DNA of 64,000 nt from IMG/VR virus record IMGVR_UViG_2974578326_000001, positions 26,711 to 90,710 of that record. The stretch is one strand, 5' to 3'. The stretch is from a virus (lineage: Duplodnaviria; Heunggongvirae; Uroviricota; Caudoviricetes). The position numbers and the translations under genes were made by a program. Below the pieces are notes generated by a model. It was given only the letters and a program-made list of their open reading frames with translations, ran no database searches and was not told where the DNA came from. Below are positions 37,400-46,748 of the stretch, one piece after another; the first letter of the stretch is position 1; the number at the start of each line of letters is the position of its first letter.

Positions 37400-37974
37400 T
37401 CTGGGAATCCTTCATTTAGATAAGGGATAAGATATTTTGCTTCACTGAAGATTGTAATGGTTTCACCATCTTTTGTACCAATCTTTGCTCCCTTGTAATC
37501 AATATCACCATTATCACGTTTAAAGAACACCTCATTAATGATTCTATCATCTGTCTGAGGTTGATAAAAAGCATACATAAATCGATGACTAAAAGTAGGA
37601 TAACCTCTTAATTTACGATCATTAATACCTTTCTTAGTTGATCGACATGAAGAATAAGTAATCCAGTATGGGTTGTTATTATACACAGTATAATGTGAAT
37701 CAGGTGGATCAAGAACAAGGTTCTCAGAAGTCATTGGTACTTGTGTAGAATGCTGTCTTCCATCTGAAGTGATTCTATATCCAGTGAAAACTAAAGCGTT
37801 CTCAGCTTCCACACTAAACTCCATATCACGTCGTTCAGATCTTGACATGTTATCAAAATCAAGAATGGAATCATCATTATAGACACTTTCAACATAAAAG
37901 GGGACTAGCCCCTCATCTGTTTTTAGTCCGACATATGTTCCACTATAATACATATTGAAATCATCGGCTAACAT
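37375..37974 (-). CDS. hypothetical protein
   Basis: 199-aa ORF inside the ligase cluster. Confidence 0.4.
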   Translation of the reverse strand: MLADDFNMYYSGTYVGLKTDEGLVPFYVESVYNDDSILDFDNMSRSERRDMEFSVEAENALVFTGYRITSDGRQHSTQVPMTSENLVLDPPDSHYTVYNNNPYWITYSSCRSTKKGINDRKLRGYPTFSHRFMYAFYQPQTDDRIINEVFFKRDNGDIDYKGAKIGTKDGETITIFSEAKYLIPYLNEGFPECQVIIED

Positions 37975-37977
37975 ATT

Positions 37978-38784
37978 TTACATTACCTTTAATAATTTAA
38001 TCAATGCTTCTGCTGAACGTTTGTCATTATCATTGATAACACGCTGGATTTCTTTTGGATCAACTTTTGCTACCAGTTCTTTAAAAGAACCTTCTTTCAG
38101 AGCACCAAAAGCCTTATGTGCTTGATCCCAAGCCCATCGACGATTATCTTCCTTAGCAATCCAGAAATTAGACAATGTACGATACTCAATACCATATGTC
38201 TTATAACGACAAGCACCAGCTTTACCATACAACTCACGACGACGATCATCATTATCTAATAATAATGATGGAACACCCAAGAAGAAGTCACACATAACAC
38301 CAAGAATACTTTGATTCATCTGTGTTACATCTAATTCACCCTCAAAGCCAATATGGATATGACCACCAGCTGTTCGAAGACCAGGATCAGCTGCTTTAGG
38401 TTTTGGATTACGTGCCCCTGTTAATGCATTATAATCAGGTTCACATCCAAAGATAAATGCGCTTTTGTGGAAACTCGTTAGTTCTGCTCTAGAGAAAATA
38501 TGAGAGCTTACACCCTCTGCGATTGACATTCCAATCTTATTAGCCTCAGTGTAACATGCAGAAATACCACGAGCCATATTATCATTGAAACCTTCCCACG
38601 TTTCATGTGGGTTGATATCATATTCAATTAGCACGTTATCTTCCTGAATACGCACATCGTCAGACAAATGTTTTTTCTCTTCTTTGCTAGCTCCAAGACG
38701 ACCAGCAAAAGATCCAATTAAACCTGTTTTAATATCAAAACCTAGTAATTCTGGATCTGAACCAATAGTTAATTTAAAGCTCAT
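37978..38784 (-). CDS. second GCS2-like carboxylate-amine ligase (amidoligase)
   Basis: N-terminal TIGSDPEL (G.E.E-like strand) and GGHIHIG (GxHxHxG) as in YbdK-type ligases. Confidence 0.45.
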   Translation of the reverse strand: MSFKLTIGSDPELLGFDIKTGLIGSFAGRLGASKEEKKHLSDDVRIQEDNVLIEYDINPHETWEGFNDNMARGISACYTEANKIGMSIAEGVSSHIFSRAELTSFHKSAFIFGCEPDYNALTGARNPKPKAADPGLRTAGGHIHIGFEGELDVTQMNQSILGVMCDFFLGVPSLLLDNDDRRRELYGKAGACRYKTYGIEYRTLSNFWIAKEDNRRWAWDQAHKAFGALKEGSFKELVAKVDPKEIQRVINDNDKRSAEALIKLLKVM

Positions 38785-38797
38785 TTTATTTTACCTT

Positions 38798-39730
38798 TTA
38801 AGCAAATGGGTTAATATTATTTTCTACAAGAAATGATTCCATTTCAACAACTAATCGAGGTATTTTGAAACCTCTATGATCAACAATTTCTATTTCAACA
38901 GTTCCATCACGTCTATGATCACCCCTTCTAGATGGGTTATCTAAGAAATGTGTGTCCCTTTCAACACTAAGGCAGTCTATTAATTTCCTACCCCTTCCAT
39001 TGAATCTTGATAATGATCCACTAAACCCATCATCTCTTTTGTAATATCCCTGATCTTTCCATTCTTCTTGAACGAATGCATCATCAGTGAAATCACCAGA
39101 TAATAGCCTAATCAAAGATTGTTTACCAAATGATAAGGGACTAATCCAGTTTGTTTCTCCCACCCACTGGACTGAATATGAGTTAGAGAAAGCACCTACA
39201 TTGCTAAACAGTAGATGTGCTACAACAGCTGAGAAAGAGGGTCTATATCCCCAATTAATCATGTCATTGTACATCCTTGACATAGTTCCGCATGTTGTTA
39301 AGTTACGAGCCAAGAATAAACCTGTTATAATTTTATCAGCCTTATTATTTTTGATATGAGCTCGAACTACTTTCAGAATAGGGTGAACTGATATACAACC
39401 TTGATAGATTTTTAAATCATCAAAAATAGCTTTTAGATGTTTAATTAAATTCTTTTCAGCTTTTTCTTTTTTGGATAGGAATGTAATATCATCCGCTGAC
39501 AGGAAATCAAACCCACCTAAGTTGTTTTCCCAATTACTAATATTTGATATATTATCCCCTATTGAGAATTCAATGAAAGAATGTAGGTTTTTATTATCCT
39601 TCCCAATTAAGATTTCTTGATGTCTTCGATCTCTAACTCCACCCCATCCAGAAGATGCCATTTTACCAAAACAAGGTGCATTAGAAACTTTTCCTTTTAC
39701 TCCATTCTTAAGTGCTATGCTATACTCCAT
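38798..39730 (-). CDS. hypothetical protein
   Basis: 310-aa ORF. Confidence 0.4.
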   Translation of the reverse strand: MEYSIALKNGVKGKVSNAPCFGKMASSGWGGVRDRRHQEILIGKDNKNLHSFIEFSIGDNISNISNWENNLGGFDFLSADDITFLSKKEKAEKNLIKHLKAIFDDLKIYQGCISVHPILKVVRAHIKNNKADKIITGLFLARNLTTCGTMSRMYNDMINWGYRPSFSAVVAHLLFSNVGAFSNSYSVQWVGETNWISPLSFGKQSLIRLLSGDFTDDAFVQEEWKDQGYYKRDDGFSGSLSRFNGRGRKLIDCLSVERDTHFLDNPSRRGDHRRDGTVEIEIVDHRGFKIPRLVVEMESFLVENNINPFA

Positions 39731-40659
39731 TTTTTATACTCCTTATAAATGTTTTTAGCTAAATCGAGGAAAATATCAATAGTAATTTGTTTTGATGATA
39801 TTTCATCTGGTATTAATAATTCCCCATTTTTCTCATCACTTAAAAAAGTATGAGTTAAAGTGAAATTTTCCTTGTTACGATCGAACAGGTCAGTATATTC
39901 TCTGTCGTAGTAACCAAACCTTCCGTAACCATTTTCCGTATCACCCCAATTGCCTTGGTAGATTTGTTTAAAATCACCAGTACACATGTTTTTGAAATCT
40001 TCTAATGTGGCTTCATAGTGCGGCAAAATAGTAGAATCATAGTCAACAATATTTACATATGTTTCCCCAGAGTAATCTTTACACATATAAAACATCTGAG
40101 ATAACATAAAAGAGAAATGCCAATCAAAACCTTTATTGATAAGCAGGTTGAATACAAATCCTATATCATAATCATTGAGGATGTTTCGAATCATCATAGC
40201 TGGCAACAATGTTTTCTGCATGTTTAAGCCTTTAGTTTTTATTTTAAAACCATTGACTTCCATCATTACACTTTCATTATCTATGTGACACTCTTCTTCT
40301 TCATATTCTGGTACAATAAAGGTTCCAAACTCTATATGGTCAAACATCCCATTGTTCATTGGATTCTCTAGAACTTCACTGATTAATTTATCTAAGAATT
40401 TCTTTTGATCCATATCACCACGTATCTGTTTTACAATATATAAATCTGATGAAAACCTGTCACTTGGGTAATATATTACATGATCGAGATTATCTGAAAA
40501 TATGTTATCTAATGAAACATCTTCCCAATCTTCATTTTCAACAACACAATCTAATTCAGACAACATACCAAAGCATGGTACATCTTCTCGGAACATCCAC
40601 CCGTTATCACCTACTAATGTTAGATACATCTTAATCCTCTGTCTCTTCACCAATACCAC
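39715..40659 (-). CDS. hypothetical protein
   Basis: 314-aa ORF. Confidence 0.4.
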   Translation of the reverse strand: MVLVKRQRIKMYLTLVGDNGWMFREDVPCFGMLSELDCVVENEDWEDVSLDNIFSDNLDHVIYYPSDRFSSDLYIVKQIRGDMDQKKFLDKLISEVLENPMNNGMFDHIEFGTFIVPEYEEEECHIDNESVMMEVNGFKIKTKGLNMQKTLLPAMMIRNILNDYDIGFVFNLLINKGFDWHFSFMLSQMFYMCKDYSGETYVNIVDYDSTILPHYEATLEDFKNMCTGDFKQIYQGNWGDTENGYGRFGYYDREYTDLFDRNKENFTLTHTFLSDEKNGELLIPDEISSKQITIDIFLDLAKNIYKEYKKWSIA

Positions 40660-40900
40660 GTAGCTGACTTACATACACTTGTTTACCATCTTTTCCAGTA
40701 ACAGTGCATTGCCCAGTTAAAACTCGGAAAGTTGTATCTCGGCTTAGGTCATATTGAGCTAGAACACAATCTTTAAACTGTATTCCTCTGAAGTAACCGA
40801 GAATAATAACAAATACCAAAAAGATAAGAAGCGCTAAATAACGCTTCTTGAAGTATTTATTTGATAATTGATTATATTTGTCTTTAATAATATTAATCAT
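40631..40900 (-). CDS. small single-pass membrane protein
   Basis: 89 aa, one TM helix (LALLIFLVFVIILGYF). Confidence 0.4.
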   Translation of the reverse strand: MINIIKDKYNQLSNKYFKKRYLALLIFLVFVIILGYFRGIQFKDCVLAQYDLSRDTTFRVLTGQCTVTGKDGKQVYVSQLRGIGEETED

Positions 40901-41289
40901 TTTTGTTCAGCCTTTAATTCTTCAAACATTTTATCTAAATTGCGGACATGTTCTTCGGTGTCGTTAATAAAATGTTTAATTTGAGCTTGTCGGAATTTAA
41001 TTTCACCTAAAGCTAATAGCGATTCAGCATAAGAGTCAGCAAACATTCGACGTGAAAATTCTAACGCACGGTTGCAACCCTTTCCTTTGTTGTCAATTTG
41101 GTTTTGTCGAATCTGCTTTTTGATGTCAGTTAATACCGATGAAAGTTGGATTCGAACAATACGAGCTGCTGCCATTTCACGATTAGTATTCTTTAAATCT
41201 TTTCGAGCTTGGTCTAAATTAGCACCAATTGCTTTTAAAGAAAATTCAACAGAAGATAACTTAGTTGTTTTAGCAGTTGCTTTAGTCAT
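40897..41289 (-). CDS. hypothetical coiled-coil protein
   Basis: 130-aa ORF. Confidence 0.4.
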   Translation of the reverse strand: MTKATAKTTKLSSVEFSLKAIGANLDQARKDLKNTNREMAAARIVRIQLSSVLTDIKKQIRQNQIDNKGKGCNRALEFSRRMFADSYAESLLALGEIKFRQAQIKHFINDTEEHVRNLDKMFEELKAEQK

Positions 41290-41350
41290 GATTAAATACC
41301 TTTTAATAAACGATTAATTAAGTGAGTTTCTTTTAAGAAGTTTACAAATA

Positions 41351-41560
41351 TTATTTAGAAGAAATAATCTCTTCACCAGTGATAGCTTTTACTGCTGTAA
41401 GTGCTTTTTCTGCACTTGACTGTTCTTGTTTCATTGTCTTTAATTCTTTTTCAGCAGTTGTGATATTCTCTTTATTTTCAGATAAAAACAAAACAAGATC
41501 ATCACGAACTTTTGTGAATGAAGAAAGGATAGAAGATAGTGATTTTTTAGATGAGAACAT
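41351..41560 (-). CDS. hypothetical coiled-coil protein
   Basis: 69-aa ORF. Confidence 0.35.
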   Translation of the reverse strand: MFSSKKSLSSILSSFTKVRDDLVLFLSENKENITTAEKELKTMKQEQSSAEKALTAVKAITGEEIISSK

Positions 41561-41571
41561 TTTAATACCTC

Positions 41572-41994
41572 TTATTTAATAAAATAGTGATCTTTGTATT
41601 TATGAATATCTTTTCCTTGTGCCCAGTATGGTTTACTATTCCCACTGTAAAAGAATTTATATTCGTACTTTGGTTTATACCCAGGTTTTAGAGTCATTAG
41701 TGCAACTCTTCCTGCCGTTTGGAAGTTTTCTAGCTCACCGTAGTGCTTCAATCTTCCTTTCTCAAGAGTTTTATAATACTCCAAGAATCCTTTCTCATCT
41801 CTGGTCTTTAATACAGTTGACCATGAAAACTGATTCTTTTGAAGTAGTACACCCATTACATTATCTGGGAATCTAGGATCTTCAACCCTATTGTGAACTA
41901 CATCAGCTACTCTGTGCATTCCATCAAACCCTTGATTTCCTGCTTCCATGTAGGTGTTCATTGTTAATGCTAACCAGCATACTAAGAATTTCAA
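41572..41994 (-). CDS. SleB-like cell-wall hydrolase (Hydrolase_2) with signal peptide
   Basis: N-terminal signal sequence; EAGNQGFDGMHRVADVVHNRVEDPRFPDNV..QFSW matches SleB domain. Confidence 0.6.
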   Translation of the reverse strand: MKFLVCWLALTMNTYMEAGNQGFDGMHRVADVVHNRVEDPRFPDNVMGVLLQKNQFSWSTVLKTRDEKGFLEYYKTLEKGRLKHYGELENFQTAGRVALMTLKPGYKPKYEYKFFYSGNSKPYWAQGKDIHKYKDHYFIK

Positions 41995-42054
41995 AACATA
42001 TAACTCCTTTTAATTAATATCACAAGAAGCCTAATAGACTTCTTAGGTTATTAA

Positions 42055-42393
42055 CTAATATCTACGGAGTATTATATCAACACCATATTTATTCTTAAAT
42101 GAATCTTTAGCAGAGTACATATTTGTAACTGCTGAAGAATTATGTGAGTGTATGTAAATTGTTTTAAGTCTGATTAATACATCTCTATGAAGAAGTTCTT
42201 CAATTATGTACAATGCATCCTTTCCCTCAAAACCTTCTATACCTAAATCATTATCTAGTGAAACTGTAACTATTTCTTTAGAATGGTTATGTATGCAATT
42301 GAAAAAAGATTTTCTATCATTCGCCCAGTATGTTTTACCTGTGCATAACACATACTCAGGTGGTTTTCTGATATCATCAAGCCAAAGAAACAT
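42055..42393 (-). CDS. cyclic-phosphate processing receiver (CPR) domain protein
   Basis: MFLWLDDIRKPP ... VSLDNDLG ... IHSHN pattern of CPR family found with RNA-repair genes. Confidence 0.55.
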   Translation of the reverse strand: MFLWLDDIRKPPEYVLCTGKTYWANDRKSFFNCIHNHSKEIVTVSLDNDLGIEGFEGKDALYIIEELLHRDVLIRLKTIYIHSHNSSAVTNMYSAKDSFKNKYGVDIILRRY

Positions 42394-42448
42394 AAATCCT
42401 CCAGTAAATTTAAGATAAGGTACACACTAGGTATACCTTAGATTTAAA

Positions 42449-42664
42449 TCAACTAACAATTTTATACTTAGTGTTTCTTGTTTTAAGTATCAAATCACCA
42501 TCTTCATCAGTTGTTAATGATTCAACTCTTGATGTAAGAACAGGGGTTCCATCCTTGAATGGATGATTCCCGTGTGTTGATGTATCATTCTTAATGAATC
42601 CAGACACAACCCTTTCTTCAATAAAGAATGTTTCGATTTTTAATTCAGCATCATACTTACTCAT
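42449..42664 (-). CDS. hypothetical protein
   Basis: 71-aa ORF. Confidence 0.35.
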   Translation of the reverse strand: MSKYDAELKIETFFIEERVVSGFIKNDTSTHGNHPFKDGTPVLTSRVESLTTDEDGDLILKTRNTKYKIVS

Positions 42665-42674
42665 AAGTACCTAC

Positions 42675-43613
42675 TCAGTTTTTACTTCGCATATCCATGA
42701 TCATTTGACCATCATAAGATGCACCAACAACTGTTTGTGGTACATCACCTTTATATGCTTTAGCACGTAGCATTTCAACATCCAATTGCTTCCATTTAAG
42801 CATCTCAGGTGTGATTGTTTGCTGTAAAGCTTTATTGGCTTCAGCTTCTTTCTGTGCTGCATATAACCGAGCATCCGCATCACGTTCATTAGCTTGGGCA
42901 TCATTGTTACGAGCTTCACGTTCAGCTTCTGCCTGTTTAACTTTCTGTTGTGCGACAGCTTCTGCTTTTTTCAGATTTGCAAGTTCAGCATTAACTTGTT
43001 CTTCACGTACTTTTGTGTTAGTGACCTGAGTCATGATTACTTCAGGAAGAGTAATATCTTGCAAGAAGACCTGCTTAACAGTGTAACCATAAGGTCGTGC
43101 ATATTCTTCAACTTCCTGTTGAATTGCAATCTGCAACTCATTCTGGATTTTGGAGTCAAACAAATCTTGTGCTTTAGGAACAGATTTACCGAATTCTCGG
43201 ATTGTACTTAACAATTTCTCTGTTACATATCGATCAAGTGCTTGATCTTGATTACCTGCGTTGACTTTGTTTACAGGTGCTTTATTACCATCAAACTGCA
43301 ACATAACAGTAATGTCAACAGTGGATTTAAACTTATCTTGAGATGGAACTTGAAGGGCTTCAAACTTCATTGCAATATCTTTAGTGCTAAATGTATCATA
43401 GCTTGCAATTGGGTTTACAAAGTGGAAACCTGGTGTAATAATGTTTGGATTAACCTTACCTAGGAATGTCTGAGTAACAACAGATCCATCCTGAACAACA
43501 ATGTAAGAGTTAAGACCAACAATAAGAACACCCAAGCCAATAGCTAAACCAGCCAAGTATTTCTTTGGTTTTTCCATTACTTTTTCAATAAAATTCATAT
43601 TTTCTTTTTTCAC
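42675..43613 (-). CDS. SPFH/band-7 (prohibitin/HflK-like) membrane-anchored protein
   Basis: N-terminal TM helix, SPFH core, C-terminal Ala/Glu-rich coiled coil. Confidence 0.6.
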   Translation of the reverse strand: MKKENMNFIEKVMEKPKKYLAGLAIGLGVLIVGLNSYIVVQDGSVVTQTFLGKVNPNIITPGFHFVNPIASYDTFSTKDIAMKFEALQVPSQDKFKSTVDITVMLQFDGNKAPVNKVNAGNQDQALDRYVTEKLLSTIREFGKSVPKAQDLFDSKIQNELQIAIQQEVEEYARPYGYTVKQVFLQDITLPEVIMTQVTNTKVREEQVNAELANLKKAEAVAQQKVKQAEAEREARNNDAQANERDADARLYAAQKEAEANKALQQTITPEMLKWKQLDVEMLRAKAYKGDVPQTVVGASYDGQMIMDMRSKN

Positions 43614-43652
43614 AATTAAGCCTTATTAAGGGGGTTATCTCCCCCATTGTAT

Positions 43653-44900
43653 TTAGGAGAAAATTACATCAATCAGATCAATCTCTACAACTTGATCTAA
43701 TCGTGCATAAAGTGGTTGACCAAATAAGTCGAATCGAATTTCTATTGTATCCTTCTTAACCGACACAAAAGATGGGTCATTACTTCTTACATGAAAAGAC
43801 ATTGCGAAGTGTTCTTTTTCTACACCTTCATAATCTTTATATACTCTGTAATCTACACCATTACCTTGAAGACATGGAATATCACTTAAGTATTCTTCTA
43901 TTGATGAAACAACTTCATAATCTTCAACTCCTTCTTCCCCTAAATAAACTAACTCAGGTTTGTTTTGTTTTATGATTTTAAGAAGAGTTTCATTATCAAA
44001 TGTGAAATAAATAGATTGACCCCCTTTTGAAACTATATAAGGGATAAGATTATAGTCTCGATCATAACCTTTGATATTAATTCCACCAAGTGTTATTTCT
44101 GTCATTTTATATTTCTTTTCGACACTATCTAATCGAATTGATAGTCCCATCATTTTAACAGATTCAACAAAAGGTCGATCTGGGAAACGATTAACCTCTG
44201 CTGTTAAGTTTTGCAGAATATCAAAGTTCATGTTTGAGTTTTCAGACATGATTTTAAAGTATTCGGTTTTTGATTTATCATTAAGTTTATCATCCAAATA
44301 ATCTTGAATAATATCCCAACCTAAATGATCATATTTAAATGTGTAGTGAATACGATTAGGACGGTCAATCATATACTCACTTACACTTTTAACATTCGCT
44401 GATAATAAGAACACATTACCAGTGTGAATGCCACCATCCATGATTGTTAGTAAATCATTTTGCTGATCTTTATGTTGATATTTCTTTTCAAATTCATCGA
44501 TAAAGAATACCAAAGGTCGACCAGCTAATTCAATCATGCTTGTGATTGTTGCTGCATCATAAGGTGCATCGAAGTGGATAACAGGGAATCCCATTTTACT
44601 TGCTAATTCATTGTTTAAAATGTTTAGCATCATGGTTTTACCAGAACCTTTCTCACCAACAGCTAATACACCTGTGTTATTTTTCGGAGAACGATCATGG
44701 ATTGTCTTCATAACATCCATAACTTTAGCAGATGGATCACCGTAAATCTTGCTAGGAACACTTGGTTCAGACACCTTTTTAAAATATGGAGGTGTTGTCA
44801 TTGTCGCTGGAGAGTATGTATAATGTCCACCCTCTAGAACTTCAAAGCGTTTATCTGCATTTGAAGCTCTTGATACGATTCCATCTTTTTCTTGTAACAT
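43653..44900 (-). CDS. AAA-type P-loop ATPase
   Basis: Walker A GEKGSGKT, Walker B FFIDEFEK. Confidence 0.5.
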   Translation of the reverse strand: MLQEKDGIVSRASNADKRFEVLEGGHYTYSPATMTTPPYFKKVSEPSVPSKIYGDPSAKVMDVMKTIHDRSPKNNTGVLAVGEKGSGKTMMLNILNNELASKMGFPVIHFDAPYDAATITSMIELAGRPLVFFIDEFEKKYQHKDQQNDLLTIMDGGIHTGNVFLLSANVKSVSEYMIDRPNRIHYTFKYDHLGWDIIQDYLDDKLNDKSKTEYFKIMSENSNMNFDILQNLTAEVNRFPDRPFVESVKMMGLSIRLDSVEKKYKMTEITLGGINIKGYDRDYNLIPYIVSKGGQSIYFTFDNETLLKIIKQNKPELVYLGEEGVEDYEVVSSIEEYLSDIPCLQGNGVDYRVYKDYEGVEKEHFAMSFHVRSNDPSFVSVKKDTIEIRFDLFGQPLYARLDQVVEIDLIDVIFS

Positions 44901-44904
44901 TTTG

Positions 44905-46032
44905 TTATCCTTTTACATTAACAACAGGTTTAATATAGTGTAAAACTTCTACAAGATCTTCTTGAAGTCTCATAACATCAAAAATATCTTTATAGGCAAA
45001 AGGTGATTCATCTATTGTTGATTCACCAACAGTAGCACCTGGGATGTCTTTCATGGACTCTTTAAAGGATTCTAGTGTTACCTCTTTCTTAGCCTTAGAA
45101 CGACTCATAACACGACCAGCACCATGAGAGGAACTGTTCATGCTTTCTGGATTACCTTTACCACGAACAATGAAACAACCATCACGCATGTTTCCAGGAA
45201 TAACACCCATCATTCCATTATCAGCATGTGTTGCACCTTTTCGGTGAACCCATAAATTGTTTTTGAACTCAGCATGGTTATGATTTCTATTAATAATAGA
45301 ATTACCATCCATAGTGAATCCATTAACTGAGCATACACGCTGTGCAATGTATTCACGGTTCGCTAGTGCAAACTGAAGACCATATTCTAAATCTAGAATA
45401 TAATCTCTGCCCTCTTCAGAAGTCTCTGAAAGAGGACAAGCACTTTCAGCTTTTCCCTCATCACCAGAAGCCAATTTCATATACAATGATGCTATACCAT
45501 GTCCAATGGATCGACTACCAGAGTGGATAGTTAACCAAACTTGATCTTCTTCATCATATCCAATTTCAATGAAATGGTTTCCTCCACCAAGAGTTCCAAT
45601 ACAATTTGGAGCATGGCCAAGGATATCATTAATTCTGCTGGAATGTTTTGGTAGTACTTTTTGAGATAACCACTTACTTGCTTCTTGAAGATTTTCATTT
45701 TTAGAGAAACCCACAGGAACCGCTGAAAATATTTTATCTCTGATAGTTTCAGCATTATTGATTAAATCTCCTTTAGTTACACCAAGGAGTTTCACGGAGA
45801 ACATACCACATCCGATATCATATCCAACAAATGATGGGTATATTGTTCCAGCTGTTGAGACAACTGCACCAATTGGAAGTACATATCCAGAGTGGGCATC
45901 AGGCATTAATGCACCTTGAACTACATCAGGTAGTGACATTACATTTACAAATTGATCTATTGCACCTGATTCTAAATACTCTGCATAGATTTTATAAGGT
46001 TTATTTAATTCTTCTAGTTTTTTAAGTTTCAT
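44905..46032 (-). CDS. rtcB: RtcB-family RNA 3'-phosphate ligase
   Basis: metal/GTP-site motifs PDAHSGYVLPIG, NHNHAEF, SSHGAGR. Confidence 0.85.
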   Translation of the reverse strand: MKLKKLEELNKPYKIYAEYLESGAIDQFVNVMSLPDVVQGALMPDAHSGYVLPIGAVVSTAGTIYPSFVGYDIGCGMFSVKLLGVTKGDLINNAETIRDKIFSAVPVGFSKNENLQEASKWLSQKVLPKHSSRINDILGHAPNCIGTLGGGNHFIEIGYDEEDQVWLTIHSGSRSIGHGIASLYMKLASGDEGKAESACPLSETSEEGRDYILDLEYGLQFALANREYIAQRVCSVNGFTMDGNSIINRNHNHAEFKNNLWVHRKGATHADNGMMGVIPGNMRDGCFIVRGKGNPESMNSSSHGAGRVMSRSKAKKEVTLESFKESMKDIPGATVGESTIDESPFAYKDIFDVMRLQEDLVEVLHYIKPVVNVKG

Positions 46033-46244
46033 TATAAATCTTTTATGATTAGTTCTGAAGATTTCAGTTCTACACGATCTTCTGGTTTAAAATAAGCAGG
46101 TTTCATATCTGTCATTGATATGGCATTGATTGTATGGTTTATAATAATTTTCAAATAAACCTTTTCCTTGAATAGGAAGACATCACCATATCTTAATACA
46201 GTGAATTCTTTTAATTGTTTATCTTTGTCAAATTTAATTTTCAT
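46032..46244 (-). CDS. small protein, GD-x-F family member
   Basis: paralog of 46241-46474, 56879-57112, 57114-57362. Confidence 0.4.
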   Translation of the reverse strand: MKIKFDKDKQLKEFTVLRYGDVFLFKEKVYLKIIINHTINAISMTDMKPAYFKPEDRVELKSSELIIKDL

Positions 46245-46474
46245 CTTATCACCTGTACTATTGTCTTCACTTTTTCCACATGTGTATCCGTTGGGTGGAA
46301 CATTGCTAATCTATTTTCAGATAAGTTAACTGAATTGATATTATCTTCTACAACGTCCTTTATTTTTAAATAAATATTACCTTTAAACTGAAAAGTATCA
46401 CCAAAATTTAAATCACAAAACTTTACAAACTTCCGACCTTTCTCAGTTATTTCAATATTCATTTTAGACCTCAT
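46241..46474 (-). CDS. small protein, GD-x-F family member
   Basis: FCDLNFGDTFQFKGNIYLKI pattern shared with paralogs. Confidence 0.4.
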   Translation of the reverse strand: MRSKMNIEITEKGRKFVKFCDLNFGDTFQFKGNIYLKIKDVVEDNINSVNLSENRLAMFHPTDTHVEKVKTIVQVIR

Positions 46475-46748
46475 AAAAAGAGTTTGAGATTATAATTTCA
46501 ACAGATTCTAATCTTTGGAAATAATCATGGCTCCAGAAATTCGATACTGGTTGAATTGAACCATCATCTAATTCAATATTTATTGTCTGATCTCTTCGAC
46601 TTGAATTCACAACAGCGTCGAAAGCTTTCTTAGCTTTGTTGAAATCTGACCATACATATGGAAGAGTATCATTTTCTCTATATGAATTAAAAGAATTACC
46701 ATCTATATAGCACACTTTTACTTCAAATTTTGGTGTTATGTCACTCAT
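46464..46748 (-). CDS. hypothetical protein
   Basis: 94-aa ORF. Confidence 0.35.
   Translation of the reverse strand: MSDITPKFEVKVCYIDGNSFNSYRENDTLPYVWSDFNKAKKAFDAVVNSSRRDQTINIELDDGSIQPVSNFWSHDYFQRLESVEIIISNSFYEV

Noticed and set aside
42701-43211. Several 70-105-aa ORFs on both strands overlapping the SPFH gene
   Set aside because: They lie in alternative frames of an Ala/Glu-rich coiled-coil coding region that generates long open frames by chance, and they have no RBS.
43653-44900. PhoH-like ATPase assignment for the AAA protein
   Set aside because: The Walker A is GEKGSGKT, not the PhoH GPAGTGKT context, and there is no PhoH C-terminal signature; left as a generic P-loop ATPase.
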